Shown: positions 44,214 through 53,935, numbered from the stretch's first letter. The stretch is DNA of 64,000 nt from Acutalibacteraceae bacterium (GCA_045627825.1 JAZQON010000052.1:57380-121379); one strand, 5' to 3'. The notes: generated from the sequence alone by a model not told the origin. Numbers and translations: made by a program.

Positions 44214-46103
44214 TTATTTTACCATCAGCTCACAGATAAGTCTGCTGTGCTCAACCGGGTCATCAACGGGCTTTCCGCCGATGAGACACGCTTCGCCGTA
44301 AAGAAGCTTTGCATATTTGCCGAGAGTTTCTTTATCGTCTGCAAACAGCGCTTTCAGTTTCTCTGCCACGGGGTGCTTTGCGTTGATTTCAAGAACTATT
44401 TGTGCCTTTACCTTTTGGTCTGCACCCGGCATTGAATTGAGCGTTTTTTCCATTTCAAGCGAAATGCCGCCCTCGGTTGTAAGGCAAACGGGGTGATTAT
44501 TCAGCTTGCCCGTAAAGCGTACTGTCGAAACGCCGTCACCGATGGCGTTTTTCATTTCCTCAAACATATCCTTTGAATCGGCGTTTTCCGCTTCAAGCTC
44601 TTTCTTTTCGTCCTCGGAATCAAGGTCAAGCTGTTCATCGCAGATGTTTATGAATTCTTTATCCTCATATTTGCCGAGCATTTTAAGTGCGAATTCGTCA
44701 ACATATTCGGTGAGATAAAGAATTTCAAAGCCCTTTTCCTTAACGGCGTCACACTGCGGAAGCATTTCAATTTTCTCGGCGGTTTCGCCGCAGGCGTAGT
44801 AAATGGCTTTCTGCCCGGCACCCATTCTTTCAACATATTCTTTAAGAGTAACAAGCTTCTTTTCATTGGATGATGTGAACATAATAAGCTCTTTTACGGC
44901 ATCCTTATTTGCGCCGTAGTTATCATATACGCCGAATTTCAGGCGGATACCGAAGCTCTTAAAAAACTCCTCATATGCCTCACGCTCGTTTTTGAGCATT
45001 TTTTCAAGCTCACTCTTGATTTTCTTTTCAATCGTTTTGGCTATGAGCTTTAACTGACCGTCATGCTGGAGCATTTCACGGGATATATTGAGCGATAAAT
45101 CCTCGCTGTCAACAAGACCCTTGACGAAGCTGAAATAATCGGGAAGCAGGTCGGCGCATTTTTCCATAATCAGAACGCCTTTTGAATAAAGCTGAAGTCC
45201 CTTTTCGAAATCCTTGGTGTAATAATCAAACGGAGGACGCTTCGGAACGAACATCAGCGCATGATATGTTGCCTGACCCTCAACGCTTGTATGGATTACC
45301 TTTGCCGGGTCTTCAAAATCATAGAATTTTTCTTTATAGAAATTGTTGTATTCCTCGGCTGTTATTTCCGAACGGTTCTTCTTCCAGAGAGGTATTCTGC
45401 TGTTGAGCGTTCTTTCCTCTTTAACTTCTTCATATTCTCCCTCTTCGCCGCCCTCAACGGGTTTTGATGTGGTGAACTCCATCTTAATAGGGTGGCGAAT
45501 ATAATCGGAATATTTCTTTATAAGAGCGCTTATTCTGTATTGGTCAAGGAAATCGCTGTACTTTTCGTCTTCGGTATCCTCTTTGATGTGCATGGTGACA
45601 ATTGTTCCGAAGCCGTCCTTTTCGCAGGAACCTATCTTATAGCCGTCCGCTCCCTCGGATTCCCAGATGAAAGCTTCATCGCTTCCGAAAGCCTTGGTTT
45701 CAACCGTAACCTTATCGCTGACCATGAATGCCGAATAGAAGCCGACACCGAACTGACCTATAATATCAACATTCTCTGCTTTCTCGTTTTCGTTTTTGAA
45801 AGCGAGAGAGCCGCTTTTGGCAATCGTTCCGAGATTTGTGTCAAGCTCCTCCTCGGTCATGCCGCATCCGTTATCAATAACACGGATAAGGCGGTTTTCC
45901 TCGTCAAGCTCAATGCGGATAACGAAATCCTCCGCTCCGAGACCGACCGATGAATCTGTGAGCGAGCGGAAATAGAGCTTATCAAGCGCATCGGAAGCAT
46001 TTGAAATTATTTCACGCAGAAAAATTTCCTTGTGAGTGTAAATTGAATTTATCATCATATCCATAAGACGCCTGGATTCCGATTTAAACTGTTTTGTTTT
46101 CAT
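44214..46103 (-). CDS. htpG: Molecular chaperone HtpG (Hsp90)
   Basis: FKSESRRLMDMMINSIYTHKEIFLREIISNASDALDK and GQFGVGFYSAFMV motifs. Confidence 0.97.
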   Translation of the reverse strand: MKTKQFKSESRRLMDMMINSIYTHKEIFLREIISNASDALDKLYFRSLTDSSVGLGAEDFVIRIELDEENRLIRVIDNGCGMTEEELDTNLGTIAKSGSLAFKNENEKAENVDIIGQFGVGFYSAFMVSDKVTVETKAFGSDEAFIWESEGADGYKIGSCEKDGFGTIVTMHIKEDTEDEKYSDFLDQYRISALIKKYSDYIRHPIKMEFTTSKPVEGGEEGEYEEVKEERTLNSRIPLWKKNRSEITAEEYNNFYKEKFYDFEDPAKVIHTSVEGQATYHALMFVPKRPPFDYYTKDFEKGLQLYSKGVLIMEKCADLLPDYFSFVKGLVDSEDLSLNISREMLQHDGQLKLIAKTIEKKIKSELEKMLKNEREAYEEFFKSFGIRLKFGVYDNYGANKDAVKELIMFTSSNEKKLVTLKEYVERMGAGQKAIYYACGETAEKIEMLPQCDAVKEKGFEILYLTEYVDEFALKMLGKYEDKEFINICDEQLDLDSEDEKKELEAENADSKDMFEEMKNAIGDGVSTVRFTGKLNNHPVCLTTEGGISLEMEKTLNSMPGADQKVKAQIVLEINAKHPVAEKLKALFADDKETLGKYAKLLYGEACLIGGKPVDDPVEHSRLICELMVK

Positions 46104-46189
46104 AGTTAGTCACCTTTCGATTATGTTTGTTCAAATTATAGCTTGCAAGGTGGAATATTCTGTTAAATAAATATGAACAAACTGTTAAA

Positions 46190-46216
46190 TTAGCACTCGA
46201 ATAGCTTGAGTGCTAA
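46190..46216. promoter_or_regulatory. CIRCE element (HrcA operator) upstream of htpG
   Basis: TTAGCACTC-GAATAGCTT-GAGTGCTAA is a perfect match to TTAGCACTC-N9-GAGTGCTAA. The palindrome arms extend to 18 bp (46181-46198 and 46208-46225). Confidence 0.85.
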
Positions 46217-46252
46217 TTTAACAGTTTGAGGAAGCAACGCTAAATTATAAAT

Positions 46253-47263
46253 CTATTTTTTTAGAAATTTTTTTATTTCTTTTTTAAATTTGTTCGGAAT
46301 TTGTAATAACAAAAGTAGCCATAAGGCTCGCCTTTTGTATGATATGAATATCAATTTATTTTGAAATGATTTTGGACCTAAATATCTCCATTCTTTGTCG
46401 GTATCTCTGACGATGTTATCTGGAATATTATATGGGTACATTCCTATACTTTTCAGTTCCTTAATATATTTAGTAATCATAGGAAATGATAAGAAAATTA
46501 TATGTTTAATCGAGTATCGGTAAGCTGTAATCATCCAAAAAAATACATCATTTCTGTTGCCGATATAATTGTCGTTATAGTTATCGAAAATTGATTTGAT
46601 TAATTTAGTACATCTTAAATATGAATTCGTCCTCTTTAAATGTGCATTTAATGATTGGTCATGCAAAACAGAACTGCTATTTTTAACATAGTAATACAAT
46701 CTTGTGTTTGTTTGCATCTTTTTATTGACATAGAGGTTATATGTGAGATTGTAAAAAGCATCCTCGGCATAATGAATTTGTTCATCAAAAAAAATGTTTT
46801 TTGATATAATTATATCTCGCTTATAAAAGTGTCCACACACAGCATCTACGCTGATTTGAATTTGCAAATCAGCGGTATCATATTTTTCATTTTCTTTTAT
46901 GATTGAGTAGCCGGTATTTAAAATTTGCGGCTTGTTTTTAACAAGCAAATCTCCAAAATAACCAAGACAGTTTTCTTCAATGAAATCATCGGGATCAACA
47001 AAAGTTATATAGTCGCCAGATGCTTTTTTTATTCCTACATTTCTTGCAGCACTCACTCCATGGTTATCTTGTGATATAACAGTTATGTTATTATATTTAT
47101 TCGCATAATCGTTTAGAATATTCAGACTTCCATCTGTTGAACCATCATCAATACATATTATCTCATATTCGTCAGAAACAAGGTCTTGTTTTATTAAAGA
47201 TTTTAAACACTTCTTCAAATATTTTTCTTTATTATATACAGGGATAATAATGCTGATTATCAT
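46253..47263 (-). CDS. GT2-family glycosyltransferase (AT-rich)
   Basis: IIIPVYNKEKYLKKCLKSL...ICIDDGSTDGS...FVDPDDF GT-A motifs. Composition is visibly more AT-rich than neighbouring genes. Confidence 0.85.
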   Translation of the reverse strand: MIISIIIPVYNKEKYLKKCLKSLIKQDLVSDEYEIICIDDGSTDGSLNILNDYANKYNNITVISQDNHGVSAARNVGIKKASGDYITFVDPDDFIEENCLGYFGDLLVKNKPQILNTGYSIIKENEKYDTADLQIQISVDAVCGHFYKRDIIISKNIFFDEQIHYAEDAFYNLTYNLYVNKKMQTNTRLYYYVKNSSSVLHDQSLNAHLKRTNSYLRCTKLIKSIFDNYNDNYIGNRNDVFFWMITAYRYSIKHIIFLSFPMITKYIKELKSIGMYPYNIPDNIVRDTDKEWRYLGPKSFQNKLIFISYKRRALWLLLLLQIPNKFKKEIKKFLKK

Positions 47264-47417
47264 TCACAACCCTCCTAAAAACAAGCATCCCGATATATTC
47301 ACTTATTCTAACTAATAACTTTATAATAGCATACACATATAATTTGTCAAGTAATTTAAATTTTTAAATATATAAAATGAACGACCAAATATTTTATAGA
47401 ATATAAACAAAATATAC

Positions 47418-47445
47418 TTGAATTATTATAAAAAGGTGATAGAAT
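47418..47445 (+). promoter_or_regulatory. Candidate extended -10 promoter for the sugar-oxidation operon
   Basis: TTGAAT (47418-47423), 16-nt spacer ending in TGA, TAGAAT (47440-47445). Confidence 0.4.
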
Positions 47446-47474
47446 AAATTTATACCATTATAGGAGGTAGTCAA

Positions 47475-49496
47475 ATGGCAAGATTTTTGTTTTCGGCGTT
47501 TGCCGATGAAGCTTCTGCTTCGATTGCGGAGCAGATAGCGGCTTGCAAAGCCAACGGTATTGATTATATCGAGCTGAGAAACTGCGACGGCAAGAACATT
47601 TCGAATTTTACGGTTGATGAAGCAAAGGCACTCAAAAAGGTGCTTGACGAGGGCGGAATTAAGGTTTCATCCATCGGCTCTCATTACGGAAAAATCGAAA
47701 TAACAGCAGATTTTGCGCCGCATTTTGAAGCGTTCAAGAATACCGTTGAGGTTGCGAAGATACTCGGCACAAAATACATAAGAATGTTCAGCTTTTACTT
47801 TAATAACGGTGAAAGCTATGAAGAATATAAGGATGAGGTTTTTGCCCGTCTTTCCGCAATGGCTGATTATGCCAACGAAAACGGCATTCTCTGCTGTCAT
47901 GAGAACGAGCGTGGAATTTACGGCGATATTCCCGAAAGAGCGCTTGAAATTGCCGAATATTTCGGCGACAGAATGGGCTGTATATTTGACCCTGCAAACT
48001 ATATTCTCAACGGCTCCGATACTCTTGACGGCTTTGATAAGCTTTGCGATTATGTGACCTATATGCACATAAAGGATGCCGTTTATGAGGGCGGAACGGT
48101 TGTTCCGGCAGGAAAAGGCGAAGGCAAGGTTGAAGAAATTCTCCGCAGGCTTGACGAGCGTGAGGGCGTTTTCTTCCTTTCCGTTGAACCTCACCTGAGA
48201 GTATTTGACGGCCTCAAGGACCTTGAAGCGAGCAATGAAAAAGAATTAAAGCTCAATGATGTTTATGTTTATCCCGATAACAAGACTTCGTTTGCGGCGG
48301 CTTGCTCTGCTATTCATGAGCTTGTTGAAACGAAAATCCAGCCCGTAAGATTCGGTATTATCGGTGTCGGAAATATGGGTACATCACATATAAATATGCA
48401 CGCCGAGGGCAATCATAAGGAGCTTCGCATTGTTGCGTGCGCCGATATAAAGCCCGAAAGACTTGAGGTTGCAAAGGGCATTCTTCCGCATATCAAAACA
48501 TTCGATTCCGCAGAAGCGCTTATCGACAGCGGTGAGGTTGATGCGGTTGTTATCGCAACTCCGCATTATTTCCATTCCCCGATTGCGCAGTATGCTTTTT
48601 CAAAGGGCGTTAATGTTCTCACTGAGAAGCCTGCCGGAGTTTACACGAAGCAGGTTCGTGAGATGAACGAAGCGGCTGAAAAGAGCGGTCTCACATTCGG
48701 AATTATGTATAATCAGCGCACGAACTGCCTTTACAGAAAAATGCGTGAGCTGGTTCAGGGCGGCGAGCTCGGCGAAATCAGAAGAGTAAGCTGGATTATC
48801 ACCGATTGGTACAGAACCCAGTCATATTATAACTCCGGCGGATGGCGTGCCACATGGGCAGGCGAGGGCGGAGGAGTTCTGCTCAATCAGTGTCCGCATA
48901 ATCTTGACCTCTGGCAGTGGATTTGCGGTCTGCCCGTTAAGGTAAGAGCATTCTGCCACGAGGGCAAATGGCATGATATAGAGGTTGAGGACGATGTTTC
49001 GATTTATGCCGAGTATGCAAACGGAGCAACCGGAACCTTTATCACAACAACCGGTGACTGCCCGGGTACAAACAGATTTGAGATAACTCTTGACGGCGGT
49101 AAGCTTGTTTGTGAAAACGGAAAGCTTATGCTTTATAAGCTCAACGGCACAATTACCGACCACTGCGCAAACTCAAAGGGCGGATTTGACAGACTTGACG
49201 GCGAATGGATTGAAGTTGAAACCGACGGCAGAAATAAACAGCACAGCGAGGTTATGAATAAGTTTGCGGCGGCGATGCTCCGTGGCGAACCCCTTGTTGC
49301 AAGAGGTGAAGAGGGCATAAGAGGTCTTTCAATCTCCAATGCGGCTCACCTTTCGTCGTGGCTCGGAAAAGAAGTTGAAATTCCCGTTGATGAGGATGTT
49401 TATTTTGCGGAGCTTCAGAAGAAGATTGCCGCAGGACACGCAGACAAAAAGACGGTTGTTGAAAATATTCAGGGAGATATGAGCTCCACATTTTGA
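47475..49496 (+). CDS. Fusion protein: xylose-isomerase-like TIM barrel (AP_endonuc_2) + Gfo/Idh/MocA oxidoreductase
   Basis: aa 1 to ~280 look like a sugar-phosphate isomerase/epimerase TIM barrel (IELRN..., CHENERG, HIKD). From about aa 290 there is a Rossmann fold (VRFGIIGVGNMG) and the EKP motif (VLTEKPAG). Confidence 0.8.
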   Translation: MARFLFSAFADEASASIAEQIAACKANGIDYIELRNCDGKNISNFTVDEAKALKKVLDEGGIKVSSIGSHYGKIEITADFAPHFEAFKNTVEVAKILGTKYIRMFSFYFNNGESYEEYKDEVFARLSAMADYANENGILCCHENERGIYGDIPERALEIAEYFGDRMGCIFDPANYILNGSDTLDGFDKLCDYVTYMHIKDAVYEGGTVVPAGKGEGKVEEILRRLDEREGVFFLSVEPHLRVFDGLKDLEASNEKELKLNDVYVYPDNKTSFAAACSAIHELVETKIQPVRFGIIGVGNMGTSHINMHAEGNHKELRIVACADIKPERLEVAKGILPHIKTFDSAEALIDSGEVDAVVIATPHYFHSPIAQYAFSKGVNVLTEKPAGVYTKQVREMNEAAEKSGLTFGIMYNQRTNCLYRKMRELVQGGELGEIRRVSWIITDWYRTQSYYNSGGWRATWAGEGGGVLLNQCPHNLDLWQWICGLPVKVRAFCHEGKWHDIEVEDDVSIYAEYANGATGTFITTTGDCPGTNRFEITLDGGKLVCENGKLMLYKLNGTITDHCANSKGGFDRLDGEWIEVETDGRNKQHSEVMNKFAAAMLRGEPLVARGEEGIRGLSISNAAHLSSWLGKEVEIPVDEDVYFAELQKKIAAGHADKKTVVENIQGDMSSTF

Positions 49497-49507
49497 GGTC
49501 TTGTGAA

Positions 49508-50512
49508 ATGAAAGTTGCGGTTATCGGATGCGGAAATATTTCCGCTCTGCATTTCAAAGCATTAAGCGGCATACCCGATGTTGAGATAATTGCCGCTGTG
49601 GACATAAAGCCCGAAAGGGCTGATAAAAAAGCGGCTGAATATTCCGCAAAGGCATATTACGGCATTGACGGGCTTTTTAAAAACGAAAAGCCCGATGCCG
49701 TGCATATATGCACGCCGCATTATCTGCATACGCCCATGGCAATTAAGGCTCTTGAAAACGGCGCAAATGTACTTATCGAAAAGCCCTGCTCCGTAACAAG
49801 AGAGGAAATTTCCGCCTTGCGTGATGCGCAGGAGAAAAGCGGAAAGCAGGTTGCAGTATGCTTTCAGAACAGATATAACGCCTGCGTGCAGTATGTCAAA
49901 AAGATAATAAGTTCCGGTGAAATGGGCAGGGTTAAAGCGATAAGAGCCTTTGTAACCTGGTCACGGGGAGAAGATTATTATTCCGATGATTGGCACGGCA
50001 CTCTCGAAAAGGAGTGCGGCGGAGTGCTGATAAATCAGGCGATACATACCGTTGACCTTATTCAGTATCTCGGCGGCAGATGCAGAAAGCTTACCGCTCA
50101 CACCTCAAACGACCACCTCAAGGGCGTAATCGAAGTTGAAGATACTGCAAGCATACTTATGGAGCTTGACGGAGGAGCAACCGCAATTCTTTATGCCACA
50201 ACGGCGTTTGCCGAAAACAGCGGTGTTTTGGTTGAGGTTGTGCTTGAAAAGGGAAAGCTTCGTTTTGAGGGCGAAAAGCTTTATAAAATCGGCGAGGATG
50301 ACAGCCTTTGTGAAATCGACTGCGGAGCGGCTTCACGGTTTATCGGTCAGAAATACTGGGGCGCAGGCCATTCAAGCCTTATCGGAGATTTTTATGACTG
50401 CCTGAAAACCGGCAGAAAATTCGGCATTGATGCCTTTGAGGGCGGCAGGGCGGCGGAGATTGTTGCCGCAAGCTATGAATCGGCGGTGTCGTGCGAAAGT
50501 ATAATTTTGTAA
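49508..50512 (+). CDS. Gfo/Idh/MocA-family oxidoreductase
   Basis: MKVAVIGCGNIS Rossmann motif and LIEKP motif. The ATG at 49508 lies 12 nt after the upstream stop. Confidence 0.85.
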   Translation: MKVAVIGCGNISALHFKALSGIPDVEIIAAVDIKPERADKKAAEYSAKAYYGIDGLFKNEKPDAVHICTPHYLHTPMAIKALENGANVLIEKPCSVTREEISALRDAQEKSGKQVAVCFQNRYNACVQYVKKIISSGEMGRVKAIRAFVTWSRGEDYYSDDWHGTLEKECGGVLINQAIHTVDLIQYLGGRCRKLTAHTSNDHLKGVIEVEDTASILMELDGGATAILYATTAFAENSGVLVEVVLEKGKLRFEGEKLYKIGEDDSLCEIDCGAASRFIGQKYWGAGHSSLIGDFYDCLKTGRKFGIDAFEGGRAAEIVAASYESAVSCESIIL

Positions 50513-50532
50513 TTACGGGAGAGAAAATTGAT

Positions 50533-51381
50533 ATGCTTAACGAAAATCTCAAAAACAGAGTTGCCGTTATAACGGGCGGCGGCGGAGTGCTTTGCAGCGG
50601 ATTTGCAAAGGATTTGGCAAAATTCGGCGTAAAGGTTGCCGTGCTTGACCTCAGAGAGGATGCGGCGCAGAAGGTTGTTGACGAAATCAAGGCTCAGGGT
50701 GGCGAAGCACTTGCAGTCGGCTGTAATGTGCTTGAAGCCGAAAGTCTTGAAGCGGCAAGGCAGAAGATAAATTCAGTTTTCGGTTCGTGTGATATTCTTA
50801 TCAATGGCGCAGGCGGAAATTCACCGCTCGGCACAACCAGCAAGGAAACGCTTGAACTCAAGGACATAGCGGAAAAGGCGGAGGGCGTTAAAACCTTTTT
50901 TGACCTTGACCCCAAGGGGATAGAGTTTGTTTTCAATCTTAATTTCCTCGGTACACTGCTCACAACTCAGTGTTTTGCAAAGGATATGGTCGGCAAGAAG
51001 AATGCTTCAATTCTCAACATTTCTTCAATGAATTCCTACCGTCCGCTCACGAAAATACCGGCATATTCCGCAGCCAAAGCGGCTGTTTCAAACTTCACGC
51101 AGTTTATGGCGGTGCATTTTGCCGATGTGGGCATCAGAGTTAATGCCATAGCTCCCGGATTTTTCTCAACCAATCAGAATAAAACGCTCCTTTTCAATGA
51201 GGACGGTTCACTCACGCCCCGTTCCGATAAAATAATCAGCCATACTCCGCTTCGCCGTTTCGGTGTTCCGGAGGATTTGACTGGTGCGCTTATTTTCCTT
51301 TGTGATGAGGAATATTCGGGCTTTATCACCGGAATCATTCTTCCCGTTGACGGCGGATTTTCGGCATATTCGGGAGTATGA
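50533..51381 (+). CDS. SDR-family oxidoreductase (UxuB / mannonate-type sugar-acid reductase-like)
   Basis: VAVITGGGGVLCSG cofactor motif and YSAAKAAV catalytic YxxxK. GGGAGAG RBS precedes the ATG at 50533. Confidence 0.82.
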   Translation: MLNENLKNRVAVITGGGGVLCSGFAKDLAKFGVKVAVLDLREDAAQKVVDEIKAQGGEALAVGCNVLEAESLEAARQKINSVFGSCDILINGAGGNSPLGTTSKETLELKDIAEKAEGVKTFFDLDPKGIEFVFNLNFLGTLLTTQCFAKDMVGKKNASILNISSMNSYRPLTKIPAYSAAKAAVSNFTQFMAVHFADVGIRVNAIAPGFFSTNQNKTLLFNEDGSLTPRSDKIISHTPLRRFGVPEDLTGALIFLCDEEYSGFITGIILPVDGGFSAYSGV

Positions 51382-51386
51382 TGATA

Positions 51387-51432
51387 ATTTCGGATTTCAA
51401 GTGTTCCCTAACTTAAACTTCTAACTTAAAAC
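51387..51432. repeat. Degenerate modular repeat copy
   Basis: AATTTCGGATTT followed by CTAACTTAAACTTCTAACTTAAAAC, immediately before the terminator hairpin. Confidence 0.45.
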
Positions 51433-51472
51433 AGGGCTTGTGACAACATAAAAATTTCACAAGCCCGTTTTT
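51433..51472 (+). terminator. Rho-independent terminator after the SDR gene
   Basis: GGGCTTGTGA (51434-51443) pairs with TCACAAGCCC (51457-51466), followed by GTTTTT. Confidence 0.75.
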
Positions 51473-51488
51473 AAAATCAGATTGAATT

Positions 51489-51977
51489 ATGATAAGAGAA
51501 ATGAAAGAATCCGACAGAGAGCGGATAATAGAAATATATTCCCGGGGCATAGAAAGCGGCAGAGCCACATTCAACACCGATATTCCGTCATATGATGAAT
51601 GGGATAAGGCGCACATAAAGGAATGCCGATATGTTTATGAGGAAAACGGAACGGCGGTCGGCTTTATCGTGCTGAGCAGGGTTTCGCAGAGGGAAGCATA
51701 TAAGGGCGTTGCGGAGGTAAGCCTTTATATAGATGAAAATTATCACCGTAAAGGAATAGGCAAGGCGTTGACGGATTATATCTGCGAAAAGGCGCCCGAA
51801 TACGGATTCTGGAGTCTGCTTTCGGTGATTTTTGCTTCAAACGCTCCGAGCCTTGCGCTTATCAGAAAATGCGGCTTCCGTGAAATAGGTTACAGAGAAA
51901 GAATTGCCAAAGACCGTTTCGGTGAATGGCAAAACACAATAATGTTTGAAAAAAGATTAGAGGAGAAAAAATTATGA
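51489..51977 (+). CDS. GNAT N-acetyltransferase (phosphinothricin/YncA-like)
   Basis: About 160 aa. RATFNTDIPSYDEW and HRKGIGKAL (acetyl-CoA loop) motifs. Confidence 0.8.
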   Translation: MIREMKESDRERIIEIYSRGIESGRATFNTDIPSYDEWDKAHIKECRYVYEENGTAVGFIVLSRVSQREAYKGVAEVSLYIDENYHRKGIGKALTDYICEKAPEYGFWSLLSVIFASNAPSLALIRKCGFREIGYRERIAKDRFGEWQNTIMFEKRLEEKKL

Positions 51978-53923
51978 GTGATTTCAGACTCAGACAGGTA
52001 CATCTTGATTTTCACACATCACCGGCAATTGACGGCGTGGGTGAAAAATTCAACAAGCAGGAGTGGCAGGAGACCTTAAAGCTCGGCCATGTTGACTCCA
52101 TAACCGTATTTTCAAAGTGCCATCACGGATATTCGTTCCATCCGTCAAAGGTAAATCAGATGCACCCGGGTCTCAGGTTTGACCTGCTTGGTGCTGAGCT
52201 TGAAGCATGTAAGGAAATAGGCGTTAAAGCGCCGGTTTATATCTCGGCAGGCCTTGACGAAAAGGAAGCCGAAGCGCACCCCGAATGGCTCTCTCTCAGA
52301 GAAGACGGTTCGCCTGCAAGCGGAGATTTTATGGCGGCACGCTTTCATTGCCTTTGCCTGAATACCGCTTATCTCGATAAGCTGATTGCGGAGATAGAAG
52401 AGGTTATGCAGCTTTATCATCCGTGTGAAATTTTCCTTGATATTCTCAGCGAAAGAACCTGCTGGTGTGCAAAGTGCAGAGCCGATATGACTAAGCTCGG
52501 ACTTGACTATACCAACAATGAAGATGCCGTGAAATTCGGAAAGCAGGTATATAAAAATTACCGTGACAGAGTTGAAGCGGCAATCAGAAAATACGACCCC
52601 GATACCGTGATATTCCATAATTCCGGACATCTAAGCAAGGGCAGAAGAGATTTGATAAGCTCCATGAGTCATCTGGAGCTTGAAAGCCTGCCAACGGGCG
52701 GATGGGGTTACGACCATTTTCCGCTCTCGGCGGCATATGCAAGAACGCAGAGAGAAAATTTTCTCGGTATGACGGGAAAATTCCATAAGTCGTGGGGCGA
52801 ATTCGGCGGCTTCAAGCATCCCAATGCGCTCCGCTATGAAGCGGCGCTCTCGCTTGCAATGGGCGCAGGCTGTTCCGTAGGCGACCAGATGCACCCGAAC
52901 GGTCAGCTTAACCGCTCAACCTTTGCACTCATCGGTGCGGCATATAAAGAGGTTGAGGAAAAGGAGCCGTGGTGCAAGGGAGCAAAATATATTCCCGATA
53001 TCGCCGTCCTTTCGGCAGAAGCGATGTCAGGAAAAAGAAACGGTGCAAGCGGCAATGCAGATGTAGGCGCAAACAGAATTTTGCTCGAAACCAAGCGCCT
53101 TTACGATGTTATCGACCTTGAAGAAAATTTCGGAAAATACAAGCTGATTATCATGCCCGATTTCTGGAGATTTGACGAAAAGCTTACCGCTAAGGTGAAT
53201 GAATATCTTGCAAACGGCGGTAAAATTCTGCTTTCCGGCGTTTCGGGACTTAATGAAAATGATGAGTTTGCCGTTGATACGGGCGTTAAATTCATCGGCA
53301 AAAACGAGTTTTCACCTACCTACGAAATCCCGTGCTTTGATACCGTAAACGGCACAACGGCTTATATTATGCGTGCGGATTCCTACCGTTTTGAGAATAT
53401 TGATGCCGAGGTTATCGCCAAGGGTCAGGACCCATATTTCAACAGAACACCCCTGCATTTCTGCTCACATCAGCACGCTCCTAATAACGAAGCCTATGAT
53501 TATCCGTCAGCAGTCATAAAAGGAAATATTGCCTATATCGGCTGGAATGTTTTTTCGGGCTACGCTCTTTACGGTGATTATCATATAAAGGAGCTTATCA
53601 ATAAGGCGGTAACGCTTCTGATGAATGATGATTTCACCGTTGAAACCTCTCTGCCCGACAGAGGTGTTATCTCACTTCTTCGTCAGGGTGAAAGAAAGAT
53701 AGTGCATCTGCTCTATGCTCATACCACCAACAGAGGACAGAACACTGAGGTTATAGAGGATATCGTTCCGCTTTATAATATCGGCGTTAAAGTAAAATGT
53801 GAAAAGCCGTCAAGAGTTCAGCTTGTTCCGCAGTGTGAGGACATTGAGTTTGAATATGAAAACGGCAGGGTGAGCTTTACAGTGCCCGAGGTCAACTGCC
53901 ATCAGATGATTTGCATTGAATAA
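51974..53923 (+). CDS. Putative glycoside hydrolase (GHL6/GH42-like TIM barrel + beta-galactosidase-trimerisation-like domain)
   Basis: The N-terminus RLRQVHLDFHTSP...FSKCHHGYSFHPS resembles the GHL6 family as I recall it. The middle region resembles the class-I GATase-like domain of GH42. Family assignment is tentative. Confidence 0.55.
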   Translation: MSDFRLRQVHLDFHTSPAIDGVGEKFNKQEWQETLKLGHVDSITVFSKCHHGYSFHPSKVNQMHPGLRFDLLGAELEACKEIGVKAPVYISAGLDEKEAEAHPEWLSLREDGSPASGDFMAARFHCLCLNTAYLDKLIAEIEEVMQLYHPCEIFLDILSERTCWCAKCRADMTKLGLDYTNNEDAVKFGKQVYKNYRDRVEAAIRKYDPDTVIFHNSGHLSKGRRDLISSMSHLELESLPTGGWGYDHFPLSAAYARTQRENFLGMTGKFHKSWGEFGGFKHPNALRYEAALSLAMGAGCSVGDQMHPNGQLNRSTFALIGAAYKEVEEKEPWCKGAKYIPDIAVLSAEAMSGKRNGASGNADVGANRILLETKRLYDVIDLEENFGKYKLIIMPDFWRFDEKLTAKVNEYLANGGKILLSGVSGLNENDEFAVDTGVKFIGKNEFSPTYEIPCFDTVNGTTAYIMRADSYRFENIDAEVIAKGQDPYFNRTPLHFCSHQHAPNNEAYDYPSAVIKGNIAYIGWNVFSGYALYGDYHIKELINKAVTLLMNDDFTVETSLPDRGVISLLRQGERKIVHLLYAHTTNRGQNTEVIEDIVPLYNIGVKVKCEKPSRVQLVPQCEDIEFEYENGRVSFTVPEVNCHQMICIE

Positions 53924-53935
53924 GGAGAATAAAAA

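Noticed and set aside
44094-44435. 113-aa plus-strand ORF spanning the repeat region and the htpG 3' end
   Set aside because: It starts inside the terminator hairpin, runs through the repeat modules, then runs antisense to htpG. It has no RBS.
46120-46148. TTGCAA-N17-CATAAT as the htpG promoter
   Set aside because: The sequence match is good. However, the predicted transcription start would fall inside or next to the AAAGGTGA ribosome-binding site, about 10 nt from the ATG, which leaves no usable leader. It is therefore not called as a feature.
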